IMG/VR virus record: IMGVR_UViG_3300048009_000562
Coordinates: 1 to 56,709 of that record
Source: a virus
Taxonomy: Duplodnaviria > Caudoviricetes
Length of the DNA stretch: 56,709 nt
Direction: 5' to 3' (one strand)
The stretch's first letter is position 1, and each line of letters opens with the position of its first letter. Below are positions 36,482 to 46,643 of the stretch, one piece after another. The notes under the pieces are model-generated. The model ran no database searches and was not told where the DNA came from. It saw nothing but the letters and a program-made list of their open reading frames with translations. Both the position numbers and the translations under genes were made by a program.

Positions 36482-38440
36482 ATGGCTATACTAAAAAGTA
36501 CAATAATAAACGACACAGGGTATTTAAGTTTACCTACAGGAACAACTGCACAAAGATTATCAACGGTTGCAGGAACGCTTGTATACTTTACTAGTGTAGG
36601 TTCTACCCAATGGACTGTACCTGCTAACGTAGATAGTGTTGAAATATTAGTTGTAGGCGGCGGCGGAGGCGGCGGCTCGGATATGGGCGGTGGCGGCGGA
36701 GCCGGTGGTGTAATTTATGATGGTACATATCCGACAGTACCAGGTCAGGCTATAGATGTTACAGTAGGCGGAGGTGGCGTAGGTGCATCCGCAGGTGTAG
36801 GTCAAGCAAAAGGTAGCGGCGGCGGAGACTCACGTTTTGGAACTGCCATAGCATATGGTGGCGGTGGTGGTGCAAGTGCTCACGATAGATCAACTTCACC
36901 AGCAGGTGATGGAGCATCAGGTGGCGGAGCATCAGGTGGTGCTGTTCCTCCAAGTGGTGGCGCAAACACTGATATTAATAATAACGGACTTATCGGTAAC
37001 GGCGGTTATGGCGGCGGCTCAAGAGGTAGATCAATATATCCAGAACAAGGACACGATGGTTCATGGGGCTCAGGACATTGGTATCCAGGTGGAGGCGGCG
37101 GCGCTGGCGAACCAGGTAAGTCATATCCAAGACCACATGGTGGTAAAGGTGCAGAAATTAAAATCACTGGAGAAACTATTTTCTTTGGTGGAGGCGGAGG
37201 TGGCTCTGGCTACTCAAACACTGGCGGCGATGGCGGCTTAGGTGGCGGTGGTGGCGGTGCTGTTGGATCTGCTTTCGGCGGCGTAGGTTATAATAACGGC
37301 GCAGACGGCGGTGGTGGCGGAACAAGTACTTGGGCAAATACACCAGGCGGTAACGCAGGCGCAAACACCGGCGGAGGTGGTGGCGGTGGTGCTCACTACA
37401 ACTCTAATAACTACGGCGGTAACGGCGGATCAGGTATTGTAATTGTTAAGTATAACACTACTACAGCAACTCAAGAGACACTTCAAGGTGCGTTGAGAAT
37501 GAATGCAGATACTGGTAACGCAGAATTTTTTAGTTCAGATGCTACATGGCAAAGTTTAGCAATACCATTTAAAGAAAGAACACATATTACAACTAACTAC
37601 ATGTTAGGCGGATACAAAAGCTCAAGTGCATGGAATAATGTTAACAGAACATCTATATCAACAGACACAACAGTTAATTTAGGCGACAATTCATTAGAAC
37701 GTTCGTTTAACTATCAAGCAGGTGCATGTAGTAAAAACGTAGCATGGGTATTTGGTGCTGGTAACGGACACGTTGTTACATCTAATTATGTTATAGGATT
37801 TAACATGCGTACTGATCAACAGTACACAGGAACATTTGACAGAAACCTTAGCGGCGGCAAACTACGAGACGGTACTATTTGGAGAGAACACTACATGGCA
37901 TGGACGTCAGGTAGTTCAGAACTTGACAGATATAATATGCAGACTGAAACACAATCAACTGTAGGTATTGGAGCTCCAGCAGGATCAACAGCTGACGCAT
38001 GGGGAGCAAGTTGGGAAAACGAAGGAATGTTTACTAGAAACAATACTGGTACTTTCTTTGATATGATTACAGAAACATATGGTTCTTGGGGAGGAACATT
38101 CCCAAGTAATCATCACCAACAAAAAACACTACATAGTAAATTAAACTTTACTTGGGCAGGCAACGAAGGTAGTTATGCAGGCGGAGCAAACTTCCGCAGA
38201 ACAAGCTGGATTACTAGAACTACTTCAGGCACTTATGCTAAACCAGTAAACGGCGGTGAAGAAAACTTTACAATGGGACAAGACCATGGTTATCAATTAG
38301 GGTGCTTTAACGGTTCCCAAAATAATTTAAGTTTCCGATGGAATTACGTAACAGAAGCAGGCTTCCAAGGAGGAACATCTATGGAACCAAAAGGTAAGGC
38401 AGGTTCAAGTTCAGGACTAGGCGCATGGAGAGATAATTAA
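36482..38440 (+). CDS. Fibre tip protein: glycine-rich domain plus C-terminal beta-propeller-like domain
   Basis: VEILVVGGGGGGG...GGSGIVIVKY glycine-rich module. The C-terminal half is paralogous to 38440. Confidence 0.75.
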   Translation: MAILKSTIINDTGYLSLPTGTTAQRLSTVAGTLVYFTSVGSTQWTVPANVDSVEILVVGGGGGGGSDMGGGGGAGGVIYDGTYPTVPGQAIDVTVGGGGVGASAGVGQAKGSGGGDSRFGTAIAYGGGGGASAHDRSTSPAGDGASGGGASGGAVPPSGGANTDINNNGLIGNGGYGGGSRGRSIYPEQGHDGSWGSGHWYPGGGGGAGEPGKSYPRPHGGKGAEIKITGETIFFGGGGGGSGYSNTGGDGGLGGGGGGAVGSAFGGVGYNNGADGGGGGTSTWANTPGGNAGANTGGGGGGGAHYNSNNYGGNGGSGIVIVKYNTTTATQETLQGALRMNADTGNAEFFSSDATWQSLAIPFKERTHITTNYMLGGYKSSSAWNNVNRTSISTDTTVNLGDNSLERSFNYQAGACSKNVAWVFGAGNGHVVTSNYVIGFNMRTDQQYTGTFDRNLSGGKLRDGTIWREHYMAWTSGSSELDRYNMQTETQSTVGIGAPAGSTADAWGASWENEGMFTRNNTGTFFDMITETYGSWGGTFPSNHHQQKTLHSKLNFTWAGNEGSYAGGANFRRTSWITRTTSGTYAKPVNGGEENFTMGQDHGYQLGCFNGSQNNLSFRWNYVTEAGFQGGTSMEPKGKAGSSSGLGAWRDN

Positions 38441-39468
38441 TGGCTAATTTAAAGAACACAAATATTGATGATACTGGACACTTAACATTACCTGGTGCAG
38501 GAGACGGCGCACACGAAGCAGGCGATATAAGATACAACGGTAACTTTGGTAGGGTAGAAATTTATCACGATAAAGATGGTGCTACGTGGACCAACATGGC
38601 TATACCTTTCCTTACTAGACAAATTGTAACAGTAGGGTATATACATGGCGGATATGCTTCAAGTGTTGTTTGGGACGAAACAAACAAGACATATTTTGCT
38701 ACAGATACTACAGTTGACTTATCAGGAAAACAAGAAAAGGGTCACAACTACAAAGACAGCATGCACAACACAAACTTGTGTTGGACTGTAGGCGGAGCTG
38801 CTAACGGTCACTGTGTAAGTTCAAATGGTATTACTTGTTACAATCATAGAACAGAAAATAACTTAACAAGTGGATACACTAGAACACACACTTGGAGTAC
38901 CAACAATATTGGTATTATCCAGCAAGGATTAGAAACAGCATGGATTACAGGTGGCGGCAGTAGTCAAATTAGACGTTTCAATATGATTACTCAAACACTT
39001 GGTTCACAATACGGAAACTCAAGTACATCAGGTGGTATTTGGGGACTACAACACGAAAATTACGGCATATGGACAAACAATAACCAAGCGTTTAAATGGG
39101 CAACAGAAACACCAGTTGCTCGTAGTGCAACAGCACCACAAGGCGACAAACATCAACACTGTTTAATGTTTAAGCATGCTAACATGTATGGCGGACGTGA
39201 AAGCAATCCAAGTTCAAACTGGAGAGAAACAAACTTTTACAACGATACAACCCAAGACGTTATTGGTTCAAAGAGTTATTATGGCGGCGAAGAAAACATG
39301 ATTGCAGGGCAAGATTGGGGTTATGCTATTGGTTGGTATCAAGGCTCACACGTTGTAAGTAGTGCTAAATTTACATACACTACTAGATCAAGTATTACAG
39401 GCGGCTCAAGTCTTAATGCTAAAGGAGTTAATGGACAAAGTTCAGCAACGATGTCTTGGAGGGATTAA
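38440..39468 (+). CDS. Fibre tip protein, Kelch-like beta-propeller (paralogue of the 36482 C-terminus)
   Basis: MA.LK.T.I.D.G.L.LP start, GY..GG blade motifs, and shared GEEN...GQD.GY and SS....WRD endings. Confidence 0.7.
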   Translation: MANLKNTNIDDTGHLTLPGAGDGAHEAGDIRYNGNFGRVEIYHDKDGATWTNMAIPFLTRQIVTVGYIHGGYASSVVWDETNKTYFATDTTVDLSGKQEKGHNYKDSMHNTNLCWTVGGAANGHCVSSNGITCYNHRTENNLTSGYTRTHTWSTNNIGIIQQGLETAWITGGGSSQIRRFNMITQTLGSQYGNSSTSGGIWGLQHENYGIWTNNNQAFKWATETPVARSATAPQGDKHQHCLMFKHANMYGGRESNPSSNWRETNFYNDTTQDVIGSKSYYGGEENMIAGQDWGYAIGWYQGSHVVSSAKFTYTTRSSITGGSSLNAKGVNGQSSATMSWRD

Positions 39469-39507
39469 CTTGGTAAATATTCATATATTAATATCAAGGA
39501 GTTTAAT

Positions 39508-40374
39508 ATGACAAATGATGTACAAAATGTCGATCGTAGAAAGCAGTACATGTCTGATCACAGATATGAAAGTTCTGTCAATACAGACACTTCAATGCTT
39601 AACGAACGCGAAAAGGGTGCAATTAGTTATGCAATTAACAAAGAATGGACCAACCCTAAGTACAAGCTAAGATGGTTTGTAGGTCAAGCTCAAATTACAC
39701 CGTATAGTAAATTAAGACAGTATCTATTAGAAATTAAATCTAAAGAAGAATCAATTGAAAACATAGAGTACGAAATTGCAAAGTATGACGTAGAAGTCAG
39801 ACGTTTCAAACGTATGGCCGAAGAAGCACATGACGAATTAGATAGAGAACTTGCAAGTGTCGAAGCATGGAATTCAGAACGTAATCATATTATGTCAAAA
39901 CGTAGATTGCAAGATTGGTATTTAGAAAGACAACACTTATTAGATCTCTTAGAAGAATTTTTAGAAAGCGAAGAAGCATTAGTACCAGACGGAAGTGGAC
40001 GTACTTTTATGGATATTCTTAATACTGACGAAGAAGATATTTACGAAGCACAGTATTGGACTAATAGACTTGCTAAACAAGCAGCAACAGACATGATTTT
40101 TTATGGACGTATTGGTACAGGTAACATGGATGCTATCCTAAGCACTGGACCTGAACAACAAGCAGATATCCTAGCATTAACAATGGACTATAGCACAAAA
40201 TTACAAAGTTACAACTTGCAATTACAAAGTGCTGCAGAAGAAAATTTAAGATTACAGGGCAAAGTTGATACTAAAGAGTTACTAGCACCGATAGATAAAT
40301 ACAGTAAGACAGAAAACCCAACACCAACAAACGGAGGCTCTGAGGAGACAATAAATGACATATATAATGTTTGA
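39508..40374 (+). CDS. Alpha-helical/coiled-coil hypothetical protein
   Basis: AGGAG RBS and an upstream GGTAAATA box (39472-79); central coiled-coil. Confidence 0.7.
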   Translation: MTNDVQNVDRRKQYMSDHRYESSVNTDTSMLNEREKGAISYAINKEWTNPKYKLRWFVGQAQITPYSKLRQYLLEIKSKEESIENIEYEIAKYDVEVRRFKRMAEEAHDELDRELASVEAWNSERNHIMSKRRLQDWYLERQHLLDLLEEFLESEEALVPDGSGRTFMDILNTDEEDIYEAQYWTNRLAKQAATDMIFYGRIGTGNMDAILSTGPEQQADILALTMDYSTKLQSYNLQLQSAAEENLRLQGKVDTKELLAPIDKYSKTENPTPTNGGSEETINDIYNV

Positions 40375-40891
40375 AACAGTACCTAGTAATGATCCTAGGC
40401 TAGTTCCTGAAATTGATATAATAGGAAATGACTGGCACTTTAGTTTTGCTAGAGTAACAGGCACTCCTCAAATTGATTGGCTAAAACCTACGACTATTAC
40501 AGAAGATATGTTTCATGCACGTATGTTTACTAATGCTCTAAACGGGGAAGTTGCTATTATGCGTAGTACAACTAATCCTGCAGATATCCTTCAGCCAACT
40601 AGTTTTGGTGATAATGATTACGAAAAAGTTGCATATAGATTAACTTCAATTGACGAAGCAAACACTGTAGCACTATTAAAAGCACAAATGCTCAATTGGG
40701 CAGAAAATAATTTTGATAACGATGGCGGCCTAGTGCAAATTAGAGCTCAAGTTCCAGGGTTAGCAAGATTAGAAGAAACTCAAACATATATGGCAACATA
40801 TTTTGAATGGGATTGTGCTTTTACAGCAAATACAGAAAAAACTCCACAATTTGCAACAACAAAGTTTACACAAACACTTTATCCGGAATAA
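40355..40891 (+). CDS. Hypothetical protein
   Basis: GAGGAG RBS; overlaps the end of the upstream gene. Confidence 0.65.
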   Translation: MTYIMFETVPSNDPRLVPEIDIIGNDWHFSFARVTGTPQIDWLKPTTITEDMFHARMFTNALNGEVAIMRSTTNPADILQPTSFGDNDYEKVAYRLTSIDEANTVALLKAQMLNWAENNFDNDGGLVQIRAQVPGLARLEETQTYMATYFEWDCAFTANTEKTPQFATTKFTQTLYPE

Positions 40892-40908
40892 TCACTTTAC
40901 TTTTTAAC

Positions 40909-40950
40909 AAAAAGGTGCTATACTAAGTATACAGTATAGTGCCTTTTTTT
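40909..40950 (+). terminator. 16-bp hairpin/terminator with a TAAGTA promoter-like box at the loop
   Basis: AAAAAGGTGCTATACT-AAGTATAC-AGTATAGTGCCTTTTT (two G-U pairs) with T7 at the 3' end. Confidence 0.75.
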
Positions 40951-40964
40951 ATGGAAGAGAATGA

Positions 40965-42677
40965 ATGAGAAAAATTTTTAGTATTCCTCTAAATCCTAAG
41001 TTATCAAACGAACAATATATAGAGTTTGTTAATTTTATTAGAGAGTACAAGGATCACATCAAAGACGTATATTTTACATGTAGAATTGCTCCATTTGCAC
41101 AAGATGCAATGGGCGATATCTTTGTAGAAGATGACGATTATAAGTTAGCAATTGAGCAAGCATTGTTTGTGCAACAGCAAACAGGCGTACCAGTGAGTGC
41201 TACATTTAATAATATACAAGTACCACCTAGTCAAAAAAACTTAGATACATTTATTAAAAACTTTAAGCCTGTTTACGATGCAGGTGTACGTATTGCAACT
41301 ATTCCGCATACACATTGGATGGCAACAGGACAAATTCAAAAAGCATTTCCTGAATTATACATAAAAAATACTATATTACGAGATGTTAGAGTAGCATCAG
41401 AAATTGTAAGTTTAGCAAAGTACGGATTTGATTATATTAACCTTGATAGAGATCTTATGCGTGATAGAGACACGTTGAAAAGATTACTTGAAGCAAAGGT
41501 TTGGATTAAAGAAAATTATGGCAAAGACATACACTATAGTTTGTTAGCAAACGAAGGATGTAAAGGCAACTGTCCAATGATGGTTGAACACTTTGAATAC
41601 AATAATACTAGAGCAGGTCGAGAACCACAATATTTCAATAATCCTATTAGTAGAGTAAGTTGTCCTAAGTGGGATGTTGATGATCCAAGTATACATTTAA
41701 AGACAGCTAATATTACTCCTTGGAGAGAAGACTGGGAAGAATATTTAGATGAGCTAGGTATTGATGTTTTTAAAATGCACGGTCGTGAAGCTGTAAGCAG
41801 ACTATATGAAACAATGAATATTGTAAAACGTTGGGCTTCAGGGGAACCGCTACTGTATGATAACTTTGAAAAATACTTAGTAAGTACAAATTTAAAAGAT
41901 AGACCAATTGATGCATGGCGTAAAAAAATTAAAAATTGTAAATTTGATTGTTGGGAATGTCATTTTTGCGATGATATTTACAAAGTTAAATCTAAAATTG
42001 AACACACAAATAAAGTAAAACACGTAGCAGAAAGTATATTGATAAGCGGTGTTCCAACTGTAAACACACGTATACCTGGATTAACAAGTCCTAGAGTACA
42101 AACAGTATTAAATCATATTGCTAGTGGATCTAAACATTATATGGAAGTAGGTGTAGCACAAGGAGCAACATTCTGTGGAGCAATTAAAGACAATAACTTA
42201 AATGCTGTAGCGATTGACAACTGGCAAGAAAACATACAACCTGCTGATCCAAATGTTCCTAAGTTACCAAATAATGAAAAACAAAACTTTTTAAATAATT
42301 TAGAATCGTATAAGAAAGACAACACTGTTGATGTAATTAATAATGATTTATTTGAAGCTGATGTATCACAATACAACGGTAAAATAGACATGTGGTTTTA
42401 TGACGGACCTCATGATGCAACAAGTACTGAGCAAGCTATACTTCACTACAAAAATGTATTCGCTAAAGAAGCTGTTTTAATATTTGATGATGCAAATTGG
42501 GATGGTGTTGTTGAAGGTGCAAGAAACGGCATTAACAAAGCAGGCTTTGAAGTTGCATATGAAAAAATGTTATTATGTGATGTAGAAGATATAGAAAGCT
42601 GGTGGAACGGGTTATATATTATTGTACTTGCTAAACCTGAAGAAGAATTAATATCAATAGAGGAAGTAGAATGGTAA
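40965..42677 (+). CDS. U32-family (Fe-S hydroxylase-like) domain fused to a class I SAM methyltransferase (Methyltransf_24-like)
   Basis: N-half has LDRDLMRD, LLANEGCKGNCP, VSC, FKMHGRE and CKFDCWECHFC. C-half has YMEVGVAQGAT, AIDNW, FYDGPH and LIFDDANW. Confidence 0.75.
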   Translation: MRKIFSIPLNPKLSNEQYIEFVNFIREYKDHIKDVYFTCRIAPFAQDAMGDIFVEDDDYKLAIEQALFVQQQTGVPVSATFNNIQVPPSQKNLDTFIKNFKPVYDAGVRIATIPHTHWMATGQIQKAFPELYIKNTILRDVRVASEIVSLAKYGFDYINLDRDLMRDRDTLKRLLEAKVWIKENYGKDIHYSLLANEGCKGNCPMMVEHFEYNNTRAGREPQYFNNPISRVSCPKWDVDDPSIHLKTANITPWREDWEEYLDELGIDVFKMHGREAVSRLYETMNIVKRWASGEPLLYDNFEKYLVSTNLKDRPIDAWRKKIKNCKFDCWECHFCDDIYKVKSKIEHTNKVKHVAESILISGVPTVNTRIPGLTSPRVQTVLNHIASGSKHYMEVGVAQGATFCGAIKDNNLNAVAIDNWQENIQPADPNVPKLPNNEKQNFLNNLESYKKDNTVDVINNDLFEADVSQYNGKIDMWFYDGPHDATSTEQAILHYKNVFAKEAVLIFDDANWDGVVEGARNGINKAGFEVAYEKMLLCDVEDIESWWNGLYIIVLAKPEEELISIEEVEW

Positions 42678-44179
42678 GAAAGATAGTTATATTTGGTGGT
42701 GGCACAAGTGGTTGGCTTACAGCTGCTTACTTGACTAATAATTTAACAGAGCCTGTTGAAATACAATTAATTGAAGATGCATCAAAAGGACCAATTGGTG
42801 TAGGAGAAGGCACACAACCTCTTACAGCTTCATTCCTTTACAAGTGTGGCATTACTGCAAAAGACTGGATGAAGCCTAGTAATGCTTCTTTTAAATATGG
42901 TGTAGAACTTACAGGTTGGAATGATGAACCTTATTTTGTTGACAATGACACTGTCAACAATGTTGTTCCAGCACCGCATATTCCTGTAAGCAAATACTTT
43001 ATAGACAAACCGTATTCAGAATTTGCAAAATGGCATCCTGCTTATAGATTAGCAAAAAGTAACACAGCAACAAAATTAGATAGCGAAATTGATGTAAACT
43101 TTAATGTTGGTTTAGATAGTTACGGTGCTGTACATTTTAGTGCGTACGATATTATCGATACAATCAAGAAACTTATACTAGATAGAATTAACTATGTTGA
43201 TACAAAAATTGTACAAGTTGGTACTGATGTTAGCGGTATTACAAAACTAATAGATGCTGATGGTAAAGAATATGCAGGTGATTTGTATATTGACTGTAGT
43301 GGATTTCAATCAATTTTATTAGGCAAAACTTTAAAAGAAGATTTTATTAGTTACAATAAATGGTTACTAAACGACAGTGCTGTTGCTATGCCAACACAAT
43401 ATACTAATCCAGAAGAAGAATGTTTTCCTTATACTAAAGCAACTACTATGAATGCTGGATGGCGTTGGACTATTCCTACGTATCATCGTGTTGGTAATGG
43501 ATATGTTTATAGTTCTAAACACATCACACCAGAAGAAGCAGAAGCAGAACTACGTGAATCAATTGGCGAGTATGATGCACCAGCAAACCATTTAAAAATG
43601 CGTATAGGATCTTATAAAAATATTGCTGTAAAAAATGTTGTAGGCGTTGGCTTAGCGGCAGGCTTTATAGAACCATTAGAAGCCACAGGTATAACTTTTA
43701 CTACAGCATTAGTAACATCATTAACTGAATTATTAAATCTTTCAGGTAACCAATGGACTGAGCAACCGCAAGCAATGATTAATAGAGGTTTTTACGAAAT
43801 GAACGTAGAAATACTTACTTTTATTTTTGCACACTATTATTTTAGTACTAGAAACGACACACCTTACTGGCAAGATGTGCGTAAACAACGTATTGAAGAC
43901 TTGCCAGATGATGCTAGAATGATTCTAAGTCAATATTATCCATATCCTAAGGATTTTATATTTTTTAGTCCTAACAGTATGTTTAATAGTGTCCAATGGT
44001 GGTCGATGTTACATGCTGGCGGCGCTTACCCAAATGCAAGATGTGATTTAACAGACGAACAAAAAAAGTATATTGAACACTTTATGAAAGTACAAGATGT
44101 AAGAGTTGATAGTTCTAAAGAGCTATTTGGCAATCACTATGAATTTCTAAAGAAATGGTACAAAGAATGGCAAGAGTAA
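42671..44179 (+). CDS. Flavin-dependent tryptophan halogenase family protein (PrnA-like)
   Basis: GGGTSG FAD motif, IGVGEGT, ASFK (position of the catalytic Lys), DCSGF, WRWTIP (WxWxIP) and FIEPLEATGI. Confidence 0.9.
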   Translation: MVRKIVIFGGGTSGWLTAAYLTNNLTEPVEIQLIEDASKGPIGVGEGTQPLTASFLYKCGITAKDWMKPSNASFKYGVELTGWNDEPYFVDNDTVNNVVPAPHIPVSKYFIDKPYSEFAKWHPAYRLAKSNTATKLDSEIDVNFNVGLDSYGAVHFSAYDIIDTIKKLILDRINYVDTKIVQVGTDVSGITKLIDADGKEYAGDLYIDCSGFQSILLGKTLKEDFISYNKWLLNDSAVAMPTQYTNPEEECFPYTKATTMNAGWRWTIPTYHRVGNGYVYSSKHITPEEAEAELRESIGEYDAPANHLKMRIGSYKNIAVKNVVGVGLAAGFIEPLEATGITFTTALVTSLTELLNLSGNQWTEQPQAMINRGFYEMNVEILTFIFAHYYFSTRNDTPYWQDVRKQRIEDLPDDARMILSQYYPYPKDFIFFSPNSMFNSVQWWSMLHAGGAYPNARCDLTDEQKKYIEHFMKVQDVRVDSSKELFGNHYEFLKKWYKEWQE

Positions 44180-44742
44180 ATTTATTTAGATCAGATTTTT
44201 TTGTTAGTAGAGTAGGTAATGAAGATCAAATTACTAATCTAAAACAACAAATGCTAGTAGCACAAGAAAATAATGTTGACAAAATTGCAAACAGCAATGA
44301 CCGTTGTTGGCGTAGTACTGTTAAGTATGACGGCATTGATTGGTTATTAGACGGTGTAAAGACACTTGCAGAAGAAGCAATAGATTACTATAGTAATTTA
44401 GATAGTACATTTAAAGAACATATAGTAGAGAGACATATTAACTTAGATTACTGGTCAAATATTAACAAGCCTGCAAGTAAAAATGTTTTGCATAGTCATG
44501 TAGCAGATAGTTTTGCCGCTGTGTATTATATACAAGGCACAAAAACAGGACCATTAAAATTTATAAATCCAGCAAATGTCTTAAATGATTGTAATACAAT
44601 TAGTCCGTTTGTACGTGAAGTTTTAGTACACCCCCACGACGGTGAGCTAATATTATGGCCTGCTTGGGTTCCGCATGAAGTAGAAGTAAACCAATCAGAT
44701 AGAGATAGAATGAATGTCGCATTTACATTACAGGTAACATGA
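44155..44742 (+). CDS. 2OG-Fe(II) oxygenase-like protein (TIGR02466-like); true start may be ATG 44167
   Basis: WSNIN...HSH...AVYY...G.L.LWPAWVPHEV...R.NVAF. Confidence 0.8.
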   Translation: MVQRMARVNLFRSDFFVSRVGNEDQITNLKQQMLVAQENNVDKIANSNDRCWRSTVKYDGIDWLLDGVKTLAEEAIDYYSNLDSTFKEHIVERHINLDYWSNINKPASKNVLHSHVADSFAAVYYIQGTKTGPLKFINPANVLNDCNTISPFVREVLVHPHDGELILWPAWVPHEVEVNQSDRDRMNVAFTLQVT

Positions 44743-45479
44743 TGTTTAAGAAAAAAGATAAAATAGAATTTTTTAGTAAGATTGACGGAGTTGCAGAAGC
44801 ATATCCTATTATTCCTGCTAAAGATTTTAGACCTAAATGGATGTCTCGTTGTAAACAAAATTATGTAGATACTAAGGATAGAAACTTACCTAGTCACTTG
44901 TATCAGTGTCCTGGTATTTTTGATTTATACAATCACGGATTTATATTGCCTTTATGGCACGATGTTATTATTAAAACACAAGCAGGACAACAAGGGTTTC
45001 AGTATATAACTCCAAGCGAAACATTATCAAAATTATACGAAGGGGATACTGTAACTAGTCAACCGCCTGATGTAACTAAATGGATACCTAAGAGACCGCA
45101 TAGTATAGAAGCTATTGTAAAATTAAACACACCTTGGCATATAGTTACACCAAAAAATGTTAAGTTGTTAATTACGCCTGTTGCATACAGCGACCGCTAC
45201 GAGTTTGAATCTACAATTGGAGTATTAGACCCTGCAATTAATACTGAATTAAATATACAAGGGTATTGGAATATACCAAACGGAGAACGTAAACTTACAG
45301 CAGGTACACCGATTGCACATATTATTCCACTTACGGAAGAAAAATACGAACATGTTATTAGAGATATGACCGAAGCAGATTGGAGATTTTTTAAGAAGAG
45401 AATTTTTTGGAAAACACATTCTTTCAATCATAACAATTCGTTACTTAAACGTATGTATAAAAAGCACTTTAGGAGATAA
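44739..45479 (+). CDS. Hypothetical protein with CPG motif (DUF6065/dUTPase-like fold candidate), paralogue 1
   Basis: KIEF...PIIPA...CPGI...G..LPLW.D...K...PW...G..D...GTP.A pattern shared with 45885. Confidence 0.6.
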   Translation: MMFKKKDKIEFFSKIDGVAEAYPIIPAKDFRPKWMSRCKQNYVDTKDRNLPSHLYQCPGIFDLYNHGFILPLWHDVIIKTQAGQQGFQYITPSETLSKLYEGDTVTSQPPDVTKWIPKRPHSIEAIVKLNTPWHIVTPKNVKLLITPVAYSDRYEFESTIGVLDPAINTELNIQGYWNIPNGERKLTAGTPIAHIIPLTEEKYEHVIRDMTEADWRFFKKRIFWKTHSFNHNNSLLKRMYKKHFRR

Positions 45480-45481
45480 CA

Positions 45482-45892
45482 ATGCCACTTACAGAATATC
45501 ATACAGATGAGTTTATAACTTATACACAGACTTTAAGAGAAGCAAAAGACCAATATACAGCACGTAAAGTGCAAAAAGACAGAGTAAAACATGTAGGTTG
45601 GTTCAATGCTGTATTATCACAAAAAGATATTATAATTACTTTTAAAGGCAAAGACACAACTTACATACAAGTAGTTGCAAGTAAACACGGGGATGAAATT
45701 TTACCAGAACCGCCTATTACTGTAGAAGATGTATTAGGCGAGGATGAAGAACAAATACAGCACATTGTATTTTATTCAAAGCCTGATGGCAAAATTCATG
45801 TAGTGCATATAGATGATGTATTATGCTGGTCTGTAACTAACTCTATGATGAATCAAATAGACACACTTTACAAAGGCAAGGTTCGTGTTTAA
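45482..45892 (+). CDS. Hypothetical protein
   Basis: AGGAG RBS; in-operon ORF. Confidence 0.6.
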   Translation: MPLTEYHTDEFITYTQTLREAKDQYTARKVQKDRVKHVGWFNAVLSQKDIIITFKGKDTTYIQVVASKHGDEILPEPPITVEDVLGEDEEQIQHIVFYSKPDGKIHVVHIDDVLCWSVTNSMMNQIDTLYKGKVRV

Positions 45893-46643
45893 TTGGTTTA
45901 AGAAAAAACCTAAAATAGAGTTTGTATCTTTATTTCCAGAGATAACTCAAATTATGCCGATTGTTCCTGCTGGTAAAATAAAATTCAACTGGACTAAATC
46001 AGCAATTGAAGATTGGAAAACACAGCAAAAAAATACACAAAATTCTAAACTTACTCATATTGCACGATGCCCTGGTATACACAAAATTATGCGAGAAGGC
46101 TGGGTAATTCGTAGTTGGTGTGATTTTAATATAGAAACAAACGGCGATGGCGTATCTTATAAATGGGCAATGCCCGTAAGTCAAAGCACAATGGATGCCG
46201 ATCATATTTGGAAATGGGATTATATTTCACATCATTCAGAATCTATTTTTGGACAAACTAATAAAAAGAATACTTTAGATACAGTAATTAAAGTACAATC
46301 GCCATGGTTAGTTTATGTTCCTAAAGGATATTATTTAATGAGTATGCCTATTGCATATCCAGACAATCATAGTTTTACAGCTGCAACAGGTCTTATAGAC
46401 GGAGACGAAGGTCCTAATTTTTTAAATGTCCAATTATACTGGCACGAATTAAATAGTAATACAACAATTCCTGCAGGCACACCGTTAGCACAATATGTTT
46501 TAGTAAAAAAAGAAAAAATTGATTCTAATGTAAGATCTGTAGAGGATAAAGACATTAAAAATTTACGTTTAAGATCGACTATATTAGATAATCGTTTTAT
46601 TGTAGATTACAAACCGTTAAAGGAAGTAAAGTGGCATGAGTAG
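45885..46643 (+). CDS. Hypothetical protein with CPG motif, paralogue 2
   Basis: KIEFVS...PIVPA...RCPGI...GW....W.D...SPW...GLID...GTPLAQ; GTG start. Confidence 0.6.
   Translation: MFNWFKKKPKIEFVSLFPEITQIMPIVPAGKIKFNWTKSAIEDWKTQQKNTQNSKLTHIARCPGIHKIMREGWVIRSWCDFNIETNGDGVSYKWAMPVSQSTMDADHIWKWDYISHHSESIFGQTNKKNTLDTVIKVQSPWLVYVPKGYYLMSMPIAYPDNHSFTAATGLIDGDEGPNFLNVQLYWHELNSNTTIPAGTPLAQYVLVKKEKIDSNVRSVEDKDIKNLRLRSTILDNRFIVDYKPLKEVKWHE

Noticed and set aside
35600-39468. Diversity-generating retroelement target/template pair
   Set aside because: No reverse transcriptase and no near-identical repeat pair with adenine-specific mismatches were seen in the window.
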